DNA from: Haliotis cracherodii
Taxonomy: Eukaryota
DNA: 64,000 nucleotides
NCBI RefSeq assembly: GCF_022045235.1
Contig: NW_027266330.1
Coordinates: 496,001 to 560,000, forward strand
Direction: 5' to 3'
Shown: in pieces, positions 63,477 to 64,000 of the stretch
Layout: every line of letters begins with the position of its first letter
Position numbering within the stretch: the stretch's first letter is position 1
Notes under the pieces: model-generated
Told to the model about the DNA's origin: nothing
The model's input: only the letters and a program-made list of their open reading frames with translations
Database searches by the model: none
Made by a program: the position numbers and the translations under genes

Positions 63477-64000
63477 GGGAACACACACTAAATATTAGAG
63501 TTGGGAATTGGACCAAAAAGTGTGTCGCGATATATTGCAATATTTAAAAAACATATTGCAATATTATTGCAATATATTGGGAAATAATTCCTACCAAGAG
63601 AAAAGCTTCTTTTCATATCCCTTAGACAAATATTAATATGAAAGCTGCAATGGTAATAATTTGGTCAAAATCATGAACCAATGTTAATAAATTTTATTAT
63701 TATTTTTATCTACAATCAAATAAAGAGTATGAAGCATTTGTTTTCTTTGTTTTGATTTAATAAGGTAAGACTATACATCATGGCATATACATGTCAGTCA
63801 CAGTCTCCAACCTTTTTCAATCACATTTGAATACTGTTAACTCTCTGAAACAGTTTGAAAAACAATGAAACATTAACATTATCATAAATTTGATAAGAAT
63901 TATACATCACGACAAATTCCATGTCAGTGATCATTGTCTCTCATCAAACATTGTGAAAAAAAATACACTCAATGTCAAAAGATTTTCCCCTTTTTTTCGG

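Overview
Eukaryotic, repeat-rich animal DNA, most likely a mollusc (abalone-like gastropod; inferred from the repeat and gene repertoire, not verified). Manual splicing reveals a minus-strand cluster of type-I membrane receptor genes that the ORF track misses. Genes A (<1-2347) and C (48482->61659) share a compact architecture: MEGF/laminin-type EGF cassette exon(s), a transmembrane exon, phase-matched microexons and a cytoplasmic ankyrin-repeat exon. This is a Notch-like domain order, but without LNR, RAM or PEST. Gene B (7084-9560) has a large EGF ectodomain and a tyrosine-motif tail. Decayed EGF, signal-peptide and ankyrin exons lie between them. Mobile elements: a full-length Tc1 (DD34E); a full-length I-group LINE with a 13-bp TSD, whose first nucleotide is the predicted cleavage site of a minimal HDV-like ribozyme; an intact, very young Gypsy LTR element with a UUUAAAC slippery site and pseudoknot; DIRS remnants; older LINE fragments; and three short non-autonomous retroposon families carrying the LINE's 3' tail. 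About 13 kb is minisatellite (18, 40, 48, 52, 75 and 77 bp units). Several arrays arose in place from protein-coding motifs (Tc1 catalytic motif, EGF, ankyrin) and show higher-order duplication.
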